Shown here: positions 1 to 11,153 of the stretch, piece after piece | Layout: the number at the start of each line of letters is the position of its first letter | Numbering within the stretch: the first letter of the stretch is position 1 | NCBI GenBank assembly: GCA_030390025.1 | Contig: CM059432.1 | Span: 123,382,001-123,446,000 of the forward strand | Direction of reading: 5' to 3' | From: Squalus acanthias | Lineage: Eukaryota | Length of the DNA stretch: 64,000 nt | Made by a program: the position numbers and the translations under genes | The notes under the pieces: generated by a model | The model's database searches: none | What the model saw: only the letters and a program-made list of their open reading frames with translations | What the model was told of the DNA's origin: nothing

Positions 1-622
1 TGTGGGTACTTTATTATCAGTACATGCGCTTACGCACAAACATTACAGATTGACAGGTTGATGTAACATAACTTGTACATCACAGAATTTATGATTAATG
101 TGATACCTGGTAATCGTTCTGTGCTCTCCTCCAATCTTCACACTATCAACACTTTCTGCTTCCTTCCTTCCAAATTAGTGAACCACTGACTCCTGAGATG
201 CAGTCAGTTCCTTGGTATCTTGGGCTCCACCATACTGTGCCTTTTTATTATGTGCTGAGCTTGTCTTTCAACATAAGAGCAGTGGGGACTGAAGTAAGGT
301 AATTTGGCCCATGGGGATTCTTTCCTACAATATATTCTCTTTCTTATCACGGTAGGTACAAAGTAACTTGCACACAACCCTGTCATTTTCATTTCCAGTG
401 GAGGTAGCACGTCCGATTAGAGGTGTTCTGTGCTCAGTCGGATTGCCAGATCTCCTCTCCCATCAAGTGAAGGTGGCAGCAGGAACACTAACGGTTTACT
501 GCCAATACCATACTAAATCCTTGTTAACATTTCTCTGGGTCAGTGCAGTGTTTTTGAGCAGATACCTTTTAACAATTTTTCCTCCATGTCCACATATATG
601 TCCTCTGTTCTGGTTTTAATAT

Positions 623-1830
623 TCAACAACTTACATTTATATAGCGCCTTTAACGTCGTAAAACGTCCCAAGTCAGCTGTGGCTCAGTGGGTAGCACACT
701 CGCCTCTGAGTCAGAAGGTTGTGTGAACACTCCAGGGACTTGAGCACAAAAATCTAGGCTGACACTCCAATGCAGGGCTGAGGGAGTGCTGCACTGTCGG
801 AGGTGCCGTCATTTGGATGAGACGTTAAACTGAGGCCCCGTCTGCTCTCTCAGGTGGACGTAAAAGATCCCATGGCACTATTTCAAAGAAGAGTAGGGGA
901 GTTATCCCCGGTGTCCTGGTCAATATTTATCCCTCAATCAACATAACCAAAATAGATTATCAGGTCATTATAACATTGCTGTCTGAGGGAGCTTGCTGTG
1001 CGCAAATTGGCTGCCGCGTTTCCCACATTACAACAGTGACTACACTTCATAAGTACTTCATTGGCTGTAAAGCACTTTGAGATGTCCGGTGGTCATGAAA
1101 GGCGCTATATAAATGCAAGTCTTTCTTTTTTCTTTCTTTTTCACAGGAGCGTAATCAGAAAATAATTGACACTGAGCCAAAGAAGGAGACATTAGGACAG
1201 GTGACCAAACGCTTGGTCAATGCGGCAGGTTTTAAGCAGCGTCTTAATGGAGGAGAGCGTGGTGGAAAGGCAAAGAGATTTTGTGGAGGGAATTCCAGAG
1301 CTTAGGGCCTAGGCAGCTGAAGGCACGGCCGCCAATGGTGGAGCGATGAAAATCAGGGATGCGCAAGAGGCCAGAATTGGGAGGAGCGCAGAGATCTCGG
1401 AGGGTTGCAGGGCTGCAGGATGTTACAGAGATAGGGAGGGGCGAGGCCATAGAGGGATTTTAACACGAGGATGAGAATGTTAAAATCAAGGTGTTGGTGG
1501 ACCAGGAGCCAATGCAGGTCAGCGAGCACAGGGCTGATGAGTGAACAAGACTTGGTGCGAGTCAGGATACGGACAACAGAGCTTTGAATAAGCTCCAGTT
1601 TATGGAGAGCTAAAGATGAGAGGCTGGCCAGGAGAGCATTGGAATAGTTGAATCTGGAGGTAACAAAAGCAGGGATGAGGGTTTCAGCAGCAGATGGGCT
1701 GAGGCAGGGGCGGAGACGGGCAATATTACGGAGACGAAAGTAGGGGGTCCTGGTGATGAAGATGATATGTGGTCGGAAGCTCAGCTCAGGGTTAAATAGG
1801 ACGGCAAGGCTGCGAACAGTCTGCAGTCCT
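623..1830 (-). mobile_element. L2-clade LINE 3' fragment, interrupted by a SINE at 672-1140
   Basis: ORF 1353-1856(-) has the typical L2 ORF2 C-terminus (LRNIARLRPCLS..AETLIPAFVTSRFNYSNALL..LHWL). The 3' tail GGCGCTATATAAATGTAAGTTGTTG is read on the minus strand at 623-650. Confidence 0.9.
672..1140 (+). mobile_element. tRNA-head Deu-domain SINE (SacSINE1/AmnSINE1-like)
   Basis: A-box-like TGGCTCAGTGGG head, Deu core AAAGATCCCATGGCACTATTTC..AGGGGAGTTATCCCCGGTGTCCTGG, L2-like tail AAAGGCGCTATATAAATGCAAGT followed by a T-rich end. Confidence 0.85.
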
Positions 1831-3253
1831 TTGCCTTCTTTTAAAAAATCTCGCACCTCCTTCCAGGCCTCCTGCCAGAATCAACAAGTGCTCGAGACAG
1901 CTCGACCCTGTTCGTGATGTATTGTCGTGTTTCATGTCTTCTTTGCACGGCAAACCCATATTTAACTCCACCAAACATGTGCTTGTGTTGCCCTCTCACT
2001 GTGCTTACCAGCATCTGCAGGGCCTCATCACAAAATGAGTATTTCCCCCTTAAGAGTCAGACACTTTTTTTCAACAATTGTGCACTCTGTAGTTTGATAA
2101 TTGAATCTTTTGACATTTACGCTGGTTAAATGGTCATTAGCACCTTAGGCAACATTAAAGGATAATGATTGCAGGTACAGCGTGATTTGCTACTACTTTT
2201 TCATTGGTGCTCATAAAATTGTACTCTCACAAATCACATACGCAAAAGCCATGCATTCCAGCGATTTTATTACCATTTTTTTAGTATATTCGAAAAAAAT
2301 AGGTCTTTTTATCATTTTAGCAAAAAGAGGAATGGATAGATGGAAAAATTGAGAAACTGATTTAAAAAAAAGGCAGAAGGATAGGTTTTTGAGGATAATC
2401 ATTAAGGAGAATATGAAAGAAGGCTGAAACAAGGAAGAGCCTGATCACTCCTTACAGCACTTTTTCACAGAATTCTTTCTGGAATACAATTTTGAAGTGG
2501 GGGAGGGGGTAAGCAGGTGAAAAATATATATTTAAATAGGCTAGAAATCTTATTGAGCATTTAGAACAGAGCCCATCAGAGGCTGCTGTCAGTAGGAAAC
2601 CTGACTGATATCGTCCCTTATAGCGAATAGCGAATCGCCACATCCTGTTATTAAACACGTCTTACAGTTCAAAATGATTACTTGAAAAAAGTATATTGAT
2701 TAGCCAGTGGGAGTGAAATGACTTACTCAACAAGTGCTAAAGAACACTGCGCTCCAAACATAATTATCACTGCAGCTTCCCTTCCTTCCTACAAGGTAGG
2801 AACGACACATCTATTCCCAGCTCAATCCCATCACTCCAAAAAATATCATTACATTGAGAGCTTGATCCCTGCATTCCATGATGGTGCCAGTTGTGAGGCA
2901 GCTGGTGCCACTGGCAATGTTATATAAAAGACACAGCCCACATCACAAACTGCATTATAAAATGCATTAATACTATCCCAAAGGAATAATTTACACAATG
3001 TCAGAGAATGATAAGACTGTACTGTTTTATTTAAAGTAATACTTATCTTTTGCTTAATGTTAAACAAGTGCCACCGCATCTGAAAAAATCAATAGCTCCA
3101 GTTCATCCTTAATGTAAACATCTACATCAAATTACCTCGCAGGTAAAATATTTTCTGCCTTTCTATTTCTTTCTGCATGTTAATCTGGACGGGTTTCTGT
3201 TTCCGAAATGGCCTGAACTTCCTCAAGCTGTAGATGCACAAGTAATTGCTTAC

Positions 3254-3368
3254 CTGACTCACAGGCAAATGTCTTTGATGTCTCATCATGAAAGATAATT
3301 GCCACAGCATGTTTCTTTGTCTCTCGGGGCAACCTGCTTATGTTCCTGATGCTGTGCAGCTCAGTTAC
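3254..3368 (-). CDS. DOK6: Docking protein 6, coding exon 3 (PH domain)
   Basis: 115-bp exon with ttccag acceptor and GTAAGC donor, encoding [38 protein letters not shown]. This nearly matches the DOK6 PH domain as I recall it and is in phase with exon 2. Confidence 0.95.
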
Positions 3369-4022
3369 CTGGAAGCAAGAGTCAGATTCATTATAAAAAT
3401 GGCACAATTGTTCATTTGATGTCCCACAAGGGAGTATAGTATAGCTTTTTTTTTGTTGTGATTTTTTATTGTGTGTTCATCAAGGTGAGGGATGCTAGCT
3501 GCGGGCTTTGGAATATTTTCCATTTGGGGGCATGCAGTGGCAGCATCAAGCACTCCCAGATCATGTGCAGCATCGCCAGGTGCAGAGTAAAGCTTTTCTT
3601 TTCGCTATACTCCAACAACACACGGGAGGCCCAAACGCAGAAGAGCATCCTTTCCAGCACCAGATATTACGATCTGTTTCCCATTCCAGCTATCCTCGTG
3701 GCCTCTCAATGAGATTGACTATATGGTGCACCAAATTGTGGGCAGGTTTCTTCTGTTAGGCCAGCGCTCACTAGGAACTGGGTTGCAACTGCCCAAACAC
3801 ATTTCACATTGGACTTTTCTAGCTAGTACAGAGAGATGACTTCCGTCCCATCTATGTGGGCTGGATTGAAAGGAAAGCACCATTCAGTCCCTAGAGAGCA
3901 CTGTTTTCTGTAAGTCAACACTGAAAAAGAAATGTTGATAAAAGGAGTTCCCACATGGCTCAATCAGAGAAATAATGACACATTTGTAATACTGGCATGA
4001 AATAGTAAAGGAATATTATAAA

Positions 4023-4207
4023 GTGTCAGCCTTATCTTAGTGGTAGCACTCTTGCCTCTGAGCCAGAAGGTCATGGGTTCGAGTCAACTATCCTAATATC
4101 TCCCTTTGTGGCTCGGTGCCAAATTCAATTTGATAGCGCTCCTGTGAAGCACCTTGGGACGTTTTACTATGTTAAAGGCGCTATATAAATGCAAGTTGTT
4201 GTTGTTG
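4023..4207 (+). mobile_element. tRNA-SINE head joined directly to an L2 3' tail
   Basis: Head 4023-4085 (TAGTGGTAGCACTCTTGCCTCTGAG..GGGTTCGAGTC), then the L2 3' UTR ending GGCGCTATATAAATGCAAG(TTG)n. Confidence 0.7.
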
Positions 4208-4261
4208 CAATCTATTTTAAAATGCAAACACTTACAAAAACAATGATCATTCTCCTCGAGA

Positions 4262-4683
4262 CCCGATTGCTCAGTAGGTCAATGGACCAAACGGTGTGGA
4301 CTCAGCCACAACAATGAGAAATGGTCAATCCACATTCTGCTGTTCGCTGATCTCAGCCAAGGCAATAGAAGGGGCGGGGTGGGAGTAGTGGTGGGGCCGA
4401 GGGTCGCGGGCAAGTGGGTGGCGATGCAGTCTTGGCGCCTGTTACTGACTGCCACTCAGTGGCCGTTGCTGGGACCTGCACTTATGCAGAGATATTGATT
4501 GAGCACAAGATCAGGCTTGACTATCATACCCCCTCCCCCTCACCCACAGCCTGCTAACACTTGCTGTCTTGACCCACACACAATTGCTGGTGAGGTACCA
4601 TGGGGCTACCAAGGATGCGGAACCACACCTTAGAATGAGTCAGTGCCTTCAGGACAGAAGGGGAGGAAATTGGAAAGGAAAAT
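4262..4683 (+). mobile_element. LF-SINE-like element (diverged)
   Basis: GCTGATCTCAGCC, AGCCTGCTAACACTTGCTGTCT and GAGTCAGTGCCTTCAGGACAGAAGGGGAGGAAATTGG match the LF-SINE core and tail as I recall them. Confidence 0.65.
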
Positions 4684-4759
4684 GATTCATTTTCTTCTTT
4701 CTGTCTTTCTCTTTATTTCTGTGTATATTGATGGCATGATTGGGGCGATGGCTTGGAGT

Positions 4760-4889
4760 TACTCAGGCTGACAGTTCCAGGGAGATGAATTAACACATAC
4801 ACAGTCGAAGCTGAAGCGGCTGGAGTGAATGACTGACTGTACCTCAACTGATGTTATAATTCAACTCCCTCACACTGTCAGGCTCAGTA
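4760..4889. mobile_element. Small MITE-like hairpin element
   Basis: About 33-bp imperfect terminal inverted repeats: TACTCAGGCTGACAGTTCCAGGGAGATGAATTA / TAATTCAACTCCCTCACACTGTCAGGCTCAGTA. Confidence 0.55.
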
Positions 4890-5086
4890 CGTCAAACTGG
4901 TGCTCCTGATGATGCTATCAGCAGTCACTCTTAAAACCAATGTACTAAAAATATCCAAACTGTCAAGAAAAAAGGAATGTTGATGAGAATTCCTGGTATC
5001 TGCAGAATGTATTTTTTTCAATGGGGTATTAACAGTGACAGTGGCAGTCTTTGACAGCACTCCTTAAGACTGAAACCAAACTCTAC

Positions 5087-5942
5087 AGGCTGGATATTTA
5101 CTGGGGCGGGTTGCGTAGGTGGGGAGATGGAGATTCAGATGGGAAACTCGGAAGTCTGGGTTTCCCCGCACACTGTGGAGTTATAACTCCCGTGGAGCCA
5201 GTGATCTGGGACATTCACACACTGTCTCACACATTGTCTACACTGGGCTCACTGGGCCTGGTAACTGTGGAGTTATTCCCCGCACTCTGTAGAGTTATAA
5301 CTCCACAGTGTGCGCCCTTGGGCCCTGACAGGTTCCCCACCTAGAAGTCAGGCTGACTGACAGGTTTGGCTTCCAGTCGGGCAGGCAGCACTCCGGAGAA
5401 GGCTGTAGGATTAGGTAGGACTGATCCACGACCCTGAGGGGGAGTGGTCTGATCCCGAAGGCGGGTCTGATCCCCGACCCCGGGGGGCCGATCCCAAAGA
5501 GGCCGGTCTGGTCCCCGACCCCGGGGGGTGGGGGGATGGGTGTGGGTGGACCGATTGTGGGAGTTTTGTATGGAGGGAGACTGATGATGGGGGAGACTGA
5601 TGACGGGAGGAAGCACTCCTGCTCCTCCTGGCCCACTTCCCTTCTCCCCAAGGCTGTCCTCGCCTCGCTGCAGCTGCCGGGTTTCCTGAGGCCCGGGAAA
5701 CCCGGCCAGCCACAGTAAATCCTGCAAAGCAGGTTAAATCTGACCCTTCCAGCCTCATTAAAATATTTAAAATGCCAACCCACCTCCTGGGAGCGGGTTG
5801 GCTGCCCACCCCTTGTCCAGCCTCATTAAAACCCAGAAGTTGGCGGCTTGGAGCCGCTTCCCGACGCGCACGGAATTTTTGCCCATTTAACCCGCCTACC
5901 CGCACGCAATCCCATCCGCTCACTCATGTTGAAATTCCCACC
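5087..5942. mobile_element. Non-autonomous Harbinger-type element (MITE)
   Basis: GC-rich insert with ends AGGCTGGATATT..AATTCCCACC, flanked by TAC on both sides. The interior resembles 47876-48603. Confidence 0.6.
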
Positions 5943-6716
5943 TACGTTTTTCTCAGTGAGACTACATTTCTATCGGCAGATGTCTCTGGGGTTTCTGCCA
6001 ATATTCCGCCGAAGTTGTGGCAGGTGATCGGGAGGACCACGGTGGAAATTCAACTCCTATATTTGCAGCAATGCCAAACAACTTTTATAATAATTAAAAC
6101 CAAAATTAGCTCGAAAACGTATCTCAGTATTGGTAATGCTAATAAAAATGGTTGATATCAATTCTGGTGGTCCTGCCAATCTAACGGTTTAAAACCCATG
6201 GGGAAACAGTACTGCGGCAGCAAGAGAGAGCCGCAACAGCTGCTGTGGGGCCACAGTAACAGTCAAAGGTGATTAGGTTTGTGAAGTGACCCACAACCTA
6301 TTGAGGGCGCTGCTCTTGCCTGTGGTCCTTTCTTTCCACGCCATATTGTGAGCTCAAAGTCATTTAAATAAATATTTGGTGCCCCTGGTACATGGTATGA
6401 TGAGAGTGAGAGGGGGCAAGGGGCATGTTATCCAGCATCAGCACTTGATAATGGGCTACTGATCACCCTTAAAGGAGAACCTTTTCATGATGCCAAAAAA
6501 GCCTGGGAAGGCACAAAGGCAGATGGGATCCAGCTTTGAGAAGCTGGCTATAAGTTGAATTGTTGCAAAACATCTGAATAGATAACTGTATTAACCTGGC
6601 TACAGGAAAACACCAAGGAGCCACAGAAATAGCTGTAAACAAACAAGGCAGCTACTGGCTGTAAGCTAGTCAGTCCCAAAATATCAGGAAGAGGCTTCTC
6701 CTACAGTACCTATTTC

Positions 6717-7274
6717 ATAAGAACATAAGAATTAGGAACAGGAGTCGGTCATATGGCCCCTCAAGCCTGCTCCGCCATTTAATAAGATCATGGCTGATCT
6801 TCGACCTCAATTCCACTTTCCTGCCTGATCCCCATATCCCTTGATTCTCCCAGAGTCCAAAAATCTATCTATCTCAGCCTTGAATATATTCAACGACTCA
6901 GCATGCACAGCCCTCTGGGGCAGAGAATTCCAAAGATTCAAAACCCTCTGAGTGAAGAAATTTCTCCTCATCTCAGTCTTAAATGGCCGACCCCTTATCT
7001 TGAGACTATGCCCCCTAATTCTAGACTCTCCAGCCAGGGGAAACAACCTCTCAGCATCTACCCTGTCAATCCCCCTCAGAATCTTATATGTTTCAGTGAG
7101 ATCAACTCTCATTCTTCTAAACTCCAGAGAGTATAGGCTCAATCTATTCAATCTCTCCTCATAGGACAAGCCTCTCATCCCAGGGATCAATCTAGTGAAC
7201 CTTCATTGCACCGCCTCTAAGGCAAGTATATCCTTCCTTAGATAAGGAGACCAAAACTGTGCGTAGTACTCCAG
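6717..7274 (-). mobile_element. CR1-clade LINE 3' part (target of the Harbinger insertion)
   Basis: ORF 6807-7190(-) YEERLNRLSLYSLEFRRMR..RRNFFTQRVLNLWNSLP, with an (ACATAAGA)n tail. The sequence resumes at 11231. Confidence 0.92.
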
Positions 7275-7618
7275 GGGGTAGAAATTAGGTCGCGCCCCAT
7301 TTGGGGCGCAAATATCGTCCGAGCGCAAATATTAGCGCCTGGCACTAATTATCGGCACTGACAGGAAACTTCACTTTTACCGCCCCGGGAGGTGAGTGGA
7401 GCGCTAAATTAGGCGCTGCACACCTCTCTTAAGGCGCAAAGGCCTAGGAGTGAGGCGCTACCTCAGCGCACGAGCGCAGCGCAGCTGCTGCCAGTTAGCG
7501 AGGGAACACAGACACACTGGCGCCGGACACTTCTTAAAGCGGGGGGGGCCACTTGCTCCCCAGCCACACCCTGCTCATTGCAGCCTGGAGAGACCTGTAA
7601 TCCATTTTGCTGCCAAGC

Positions 7619-7855
7619 ATGGAGAGGGTGAGAGAACGCGCTCATCGCTTCACCGAGCGGGCCTTGGATGCTCTGGTTGACGCAGTGGAGCGCAGACGAT
7701 GCATGCTGTTCCCGGAGAGTGGCAGGAGGCCTTTGCCACGCGAGTTCAGAAGAGTGTGGAGGGAGGTGGCTCAGAGCGTCTCCTCCAGGAGCATGGTGCC
7801 CAGGACCCATGTTCAGTGCCGCAAAAAGTTCAACGACCTCACTCGGGTCGTCAGG
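7619..7855 (+). CDS. Harbinger Myb/SANT-like DNA-binding protein, exon 1
   Basis: ATG at 7619; MERVRERAHRFTERALDALVDAV..W.EVA..VS..SMVPRTHVQCRKKFNDLTRVVR (MSANTD/NAIF1-type trihelix); GTGAGT donor, phase 0. Confidence 0.88.
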
Positions 7856-8003
7856 GTGAGTGGCTTTTTCTCAATACCTCTCCATCCCTCCATCTCAACC
7901 TCACTCTATGGCCAGAGGGTCTTAAAACCCCAATGCACAACACTCATGCAACACCTATGGCCCTTTCATCAAACACACACACACATTCCACACTTTGCAT
8001 ACA

Positions 8004-8165
8004 GTAAGGGCTATTCACCTATGGGAGGCACATCAGGCAAGACCATGGCTGCATATTGTAAGGGCTATTCACCTATGGGAGGCACATCAGGCAAGACCAT
8101 GGCTGCATATTGTAAGGGCTATTCACCTATGGGAGGCACATCAGGCAAGACCATGGCTGTATATT
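8004..8165 (+). repeat. 54-bp tandem triplication in Myb intron 1
   Basis: GTAAGGGCTATTCACCTATGGGAGGCACATCAGGCAAGACCATGGCTGCATATT starts at 8004, 8058 and 8112. Confidence 0.95.
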
Positions 8166-8193
8166 TACTCAGATGCTGTCCTTTTTCTTGCAG

Positions 8194-8356
8194 GCTAAGC
8201 TGGCTCATAATCGGAGACAGCAGCAACGGACGGGTGGAGGGCGGCTTCAGCTGCAACCCCTCAGCGATCTGGAGGAGCGCGTCCACAGGATTGTGGCAAG
8301 CCGGGTGATCGGTCCCGTCGCCACTGGGGACGCCGACCCCGTTGTGGACAGCAATG
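8194..8356 (+). CDS. Harbinger Myb/SANT-like protein, exon 2
   Basis: ttcttgcag acceptor; AKLAHNRRQQQRTGGG..LSDLEERV (conserved RTGGG motif of this family); GTAAGG donor, phase 1. Confidence 0.85.
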
Positions 8357-8515
8357 GTAAGGTCATCACCTTTTTGTCCTCTGTCCTTCCACTTGTCCCT
8401 CACAATACCAGCCTTTGACACTTTCAATCCAACTTGCTAACTTGCTGCACTTATTCCTCCCTTACTGCCACCCTGTCCTCACGCTAAAGCCACTCTTGTA
8501 CCTCCCTGCTTTCAG

Positions 8516-9495
8516 ATGGTGATTCACCAGCTGAGGAGACGGGCCCTGAAGCTGCCACTGGGAGTGATGCTGCAGCTGAGGAGGAAGAGGAAGCCGGAGC
8601 ATCAGTGCCACCCTCTCCCGAGGAAGCCCATGGCCACACTGGGAACACGCCTTCCCCGGAGGGGAGCAGGGGGGAAGGGGCTGATGATGGTGAAGCTCCA
8701 GGACCCAGCGGGCTGCAGCAACGCCATGGGGGGGGGAGGGAAGAACGGGAGCCTTCTCCCCAGAGGGAGAGTATGCCAGACACTCCTACTGCAATGGACG
8801 CAGAGGAGGAGCGGCTGATTGCAGAAATGAACAGCCAGGCGGTGGGCATGCACACTGAGCTCATGGGTGCAGTGGGAAGGGTGCCCGAATGCATTGAGGC
8901 ACTGGCAAGGAGTGTGGAGCACTTCGCTGTAGCACAGGCGGATGCCACACTAAAGCTTAGTGCTGCAATTCAGTCACTGGCTGCCAGGAACCCATCTGAG
9001 ACTGCTCTCATGCAGACTCAGATTGAGGCCACGCGAGCACTGACTGCTGCCATCCTCGATGGTTCGTGCACATGTCCCCGGGGCTGTCACCGCGCCGCAG
9101 CAGGCCAGCAATCTGTTCTCCGGCAAATTGCTCCGGATGCTGAAGTGCTGCCCCGTGGGAGTGCCAGTGTGTCGGGCGAGCAGGGAGTTGCTGTCCTCTC
9201 TCACGATGACAGCATTCCTGCTGCCAACACTGTCACTTCTCCACTGCACTTGCCACCGCCTGTAGGACAGACTGCTGCCGCCCATGCAGAGTTGGTGCAG
9301 TCTGCAGCCGGGCCCTCCAGGCCCAGAAGTGGTCGAGGCCGTCCTTCAGGGGCATCTGCAGTGTCAGGGTCTGACGAGCAGCAGCCTTCCACCAGCCTTG
9401 CTGCAGCCACTGAGGTCCCATTACGGAGGAGCAGTAGGGTTAGAAGGGGGGAAGTGCGCAAGGGAAGGAGATCACCCTCGAAGGGCAAAAAGTAG
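8516..9495 (+). CDS. Harbinger Myb/SANT-like protein, exon 3
   Basis: ctttcag acceptor, in frame with ORF 8605-9495. The spliced CDS is 237+163+980=1380 nt (459 aa plus TAG). Confidence 0.82.
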
Positions 9496-9789
9496 GAGGT
9501 GTGGCAAAATGCTGGTCATTTTTTTATTAAAGGCCGAGGTTCATGGTCCAACTTTTGTTTAGTGTTTTGGACATTATCTCCAGGTTGTGAGAACCAGTTA
9601 TGTTATTGACTGTTTTTTTGTGTTTATTTCTGTGAGTTTGTCATGAGGAATTGACACACACAGAGTTTGTAAAATAAATAAGTTTCTGTATTCAAAATAT
9701 ACATGGCTGGTGGTTGGAATTATTGGTGCCTTGGCCGGCTTAGGGGTTGCGTGCTGGGTTGATTAGTGTTTGTAGCAATGGCAGGGGCC

Positions 9790-10950
9790 CTAGAAGCGGC
9801 TTGCTGTTAGTCGTTGACGGACGGCCCTTGCAGTTTGACCATTGTGGGCCGCCCTCCTGCCTTGGTGCTGCTGATGATCATCGTCCTCGTCCTGTTCCTC
9901 CTCTTCCTCCTCCTCCTCTGGTGGTGCTACAAGGCCTGGTGGCATTGGCTGGGTCCTGAGGATTGCCATGTTGTGCAACATGCAGCACACGACTACGAAG
10001 TTCGAAACTTGCTCAGGCGAGTACTGCAGGGCTCCTCCGGAATGGTCCAGACAGCGGAACCGTTGTTTCAGCACGCCGATTGTGCGCTCAATAATGTTCC
10101 TGGTTGCTTGATGGCTTTCCTGGTACCGCAGCTCAGCAGGGGTGTTTGGCGTACGGAGTGGTGTCATCAGCCAGGTGCTCAATGCGTACCCCTTGTCCCC
10201 CAGAAGCCAACCAACTGGCTGATGCGGTGCCTCGAAAAGTTCTGCCACAGTAGTCTGGCGCAGGATGAAAGCATCGTGGCAGCTGCCCGGATAGTGGGCA
10301 TTGACAGCGAGAATCACCTGTCTGTGGTCACAGACCAACTGCACATTCAAGGAATGGAACCCCTTTCTGTTCCTGAATTCCTCTGCATTCTCTCGCGGAG
10401 CACGCAAAGCCACATGCGTGCAGTCAATGGCGCCCTGCACCATGGGGAAGCCCGCTACCCTCGCAAAGCCCATAGCACGGTCATGCTGCTTGTCTGGGGT
10501 CATAGGGAAAGAGATGAAGTCTCGTCTCCTTCTGAAGAGGGCATTGGTGACCTGCCGGATGCAGCGATGCACCGCAAACTGGGAGATATTGGCGAGGTCC
10601 CCAACAGCAGCTTGGAATGAGCCAGTGGCGTAGAAGTTCAAAGCCACTGTGACCTTCACTGCCACTGACAGAGACGTCCTGGACCTCAGCTGAGGCTGCA
10701 GATCTGGCTGCAGCAGGTGGCAGAGCTCAGTGACCACCTCCTTGCTGAATCGCAGCCTTCGCAAACACAGCTCCTCGGACATATGGATGTAGGACAGCTG
10801 TTCACGATATACCCTGGGAGGGTAAGCTCTCCTGTACATGCGCCTGATGGCCCTCCTCCGTCTGGCCATCATTGCCACTCTCTGTCTGCGTCTCACTATC
10901 CTCCGATTCAGCTGGAGCAGGACGACGCCCCCAATCATTGCAGCCCCCAT
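9790..10950 (-). CDS. PIF/Harbinger DDE transposase (HARBI1-like), 386 aa
   Basis: Uninterrupted ORF with LRFS, HTH region LNFYATGSFQ..ISQFAV and catalytic motifs GAIDCTH, NRKG.HSLNVQLVCD, PGSCHD, GDKGY, RNIIERTIGVLKQRFRCL, CCMLHN. Confidence 0.95.
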   Translation of the reverse strand: MGAAMIGGVVLLQLNRRIVRRRQRVAMMARRRRAIRRMYRRAYPPRVYREQLSYIHMSEELCLRRLRFSKEVVTELCHLLQPDLQPQLRSRTSLSVAVKVTVALNFYATGSFQAAVGDLANISQFAVHRCIRQVTNALFRRRRDFISFPMTPDKQHDRAMGFARVAGFPMVQGAIDCTHVALRAPRENAEEFRNRKGFHSLNVQLVCDHRQVILAVNAHYPGSCHDAFILRQTTVAELFEAPHQPVGWLLGDKGYALSTWLMTPLRTPNTPAELRYQESHQATRNIIERTIGVLKQRFRCLDHSGGALQYSPEQVSNFVVVCCMLHNMAILRTQPMPPGLVAPPEEEEEEEEQDEDDDHQQHQGRRAAHNGQTARAVRQRLTASRF

Positions 10951-11145
10951 ATTCTCTTTGCCAGAAAAGTAATGAGGTACAGCAACTAAAGTAGCAACAA
11001 AGTTAGGATGAACTAGGCCAAACTACCTCACAAAGCGTTGAGTCAATGTAGAAGTCTCTCTCTCTCTCTCTCCGAATCTCTCTCTCTCTCTCAGAACGAG
11101 TGGTGCATAAATGTCGACCACAGAAAAAGACAGGAAGAGGCCCCC

Positions 11146-11153
11146 TTTAAATA
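11146..11153 (-). promoter_or_regulatory. Putative TATA box (TATTTAAA) of the transposase gene
   Basis: About 200 bp upstream of the ATG at 10950. The GCGCTATTTAAAGG context is kept in the related copies (about 13328, 14093, 56213, 59520). Confidence 0.45.

Noticed and set aside
672..745. tRNA genes at SINE heads (also 39758, 52089, 58913, 42300)
   Set aside because: The A/B boxes continue into SINE bodies and there is no complete cloverleaf.
9814..10620. 268-aa antisense ORF over the transposase
   Set aside because: A shadow ORF on GC-rich coding DNA with no recognisable motifs.
9790..10950. Calling this the host gene HARBI1
   Set aside because: It lies inside a TIR-bearing element with its own Myb gene, inserted in a CR1, so it is a transposon-encoded homolog.
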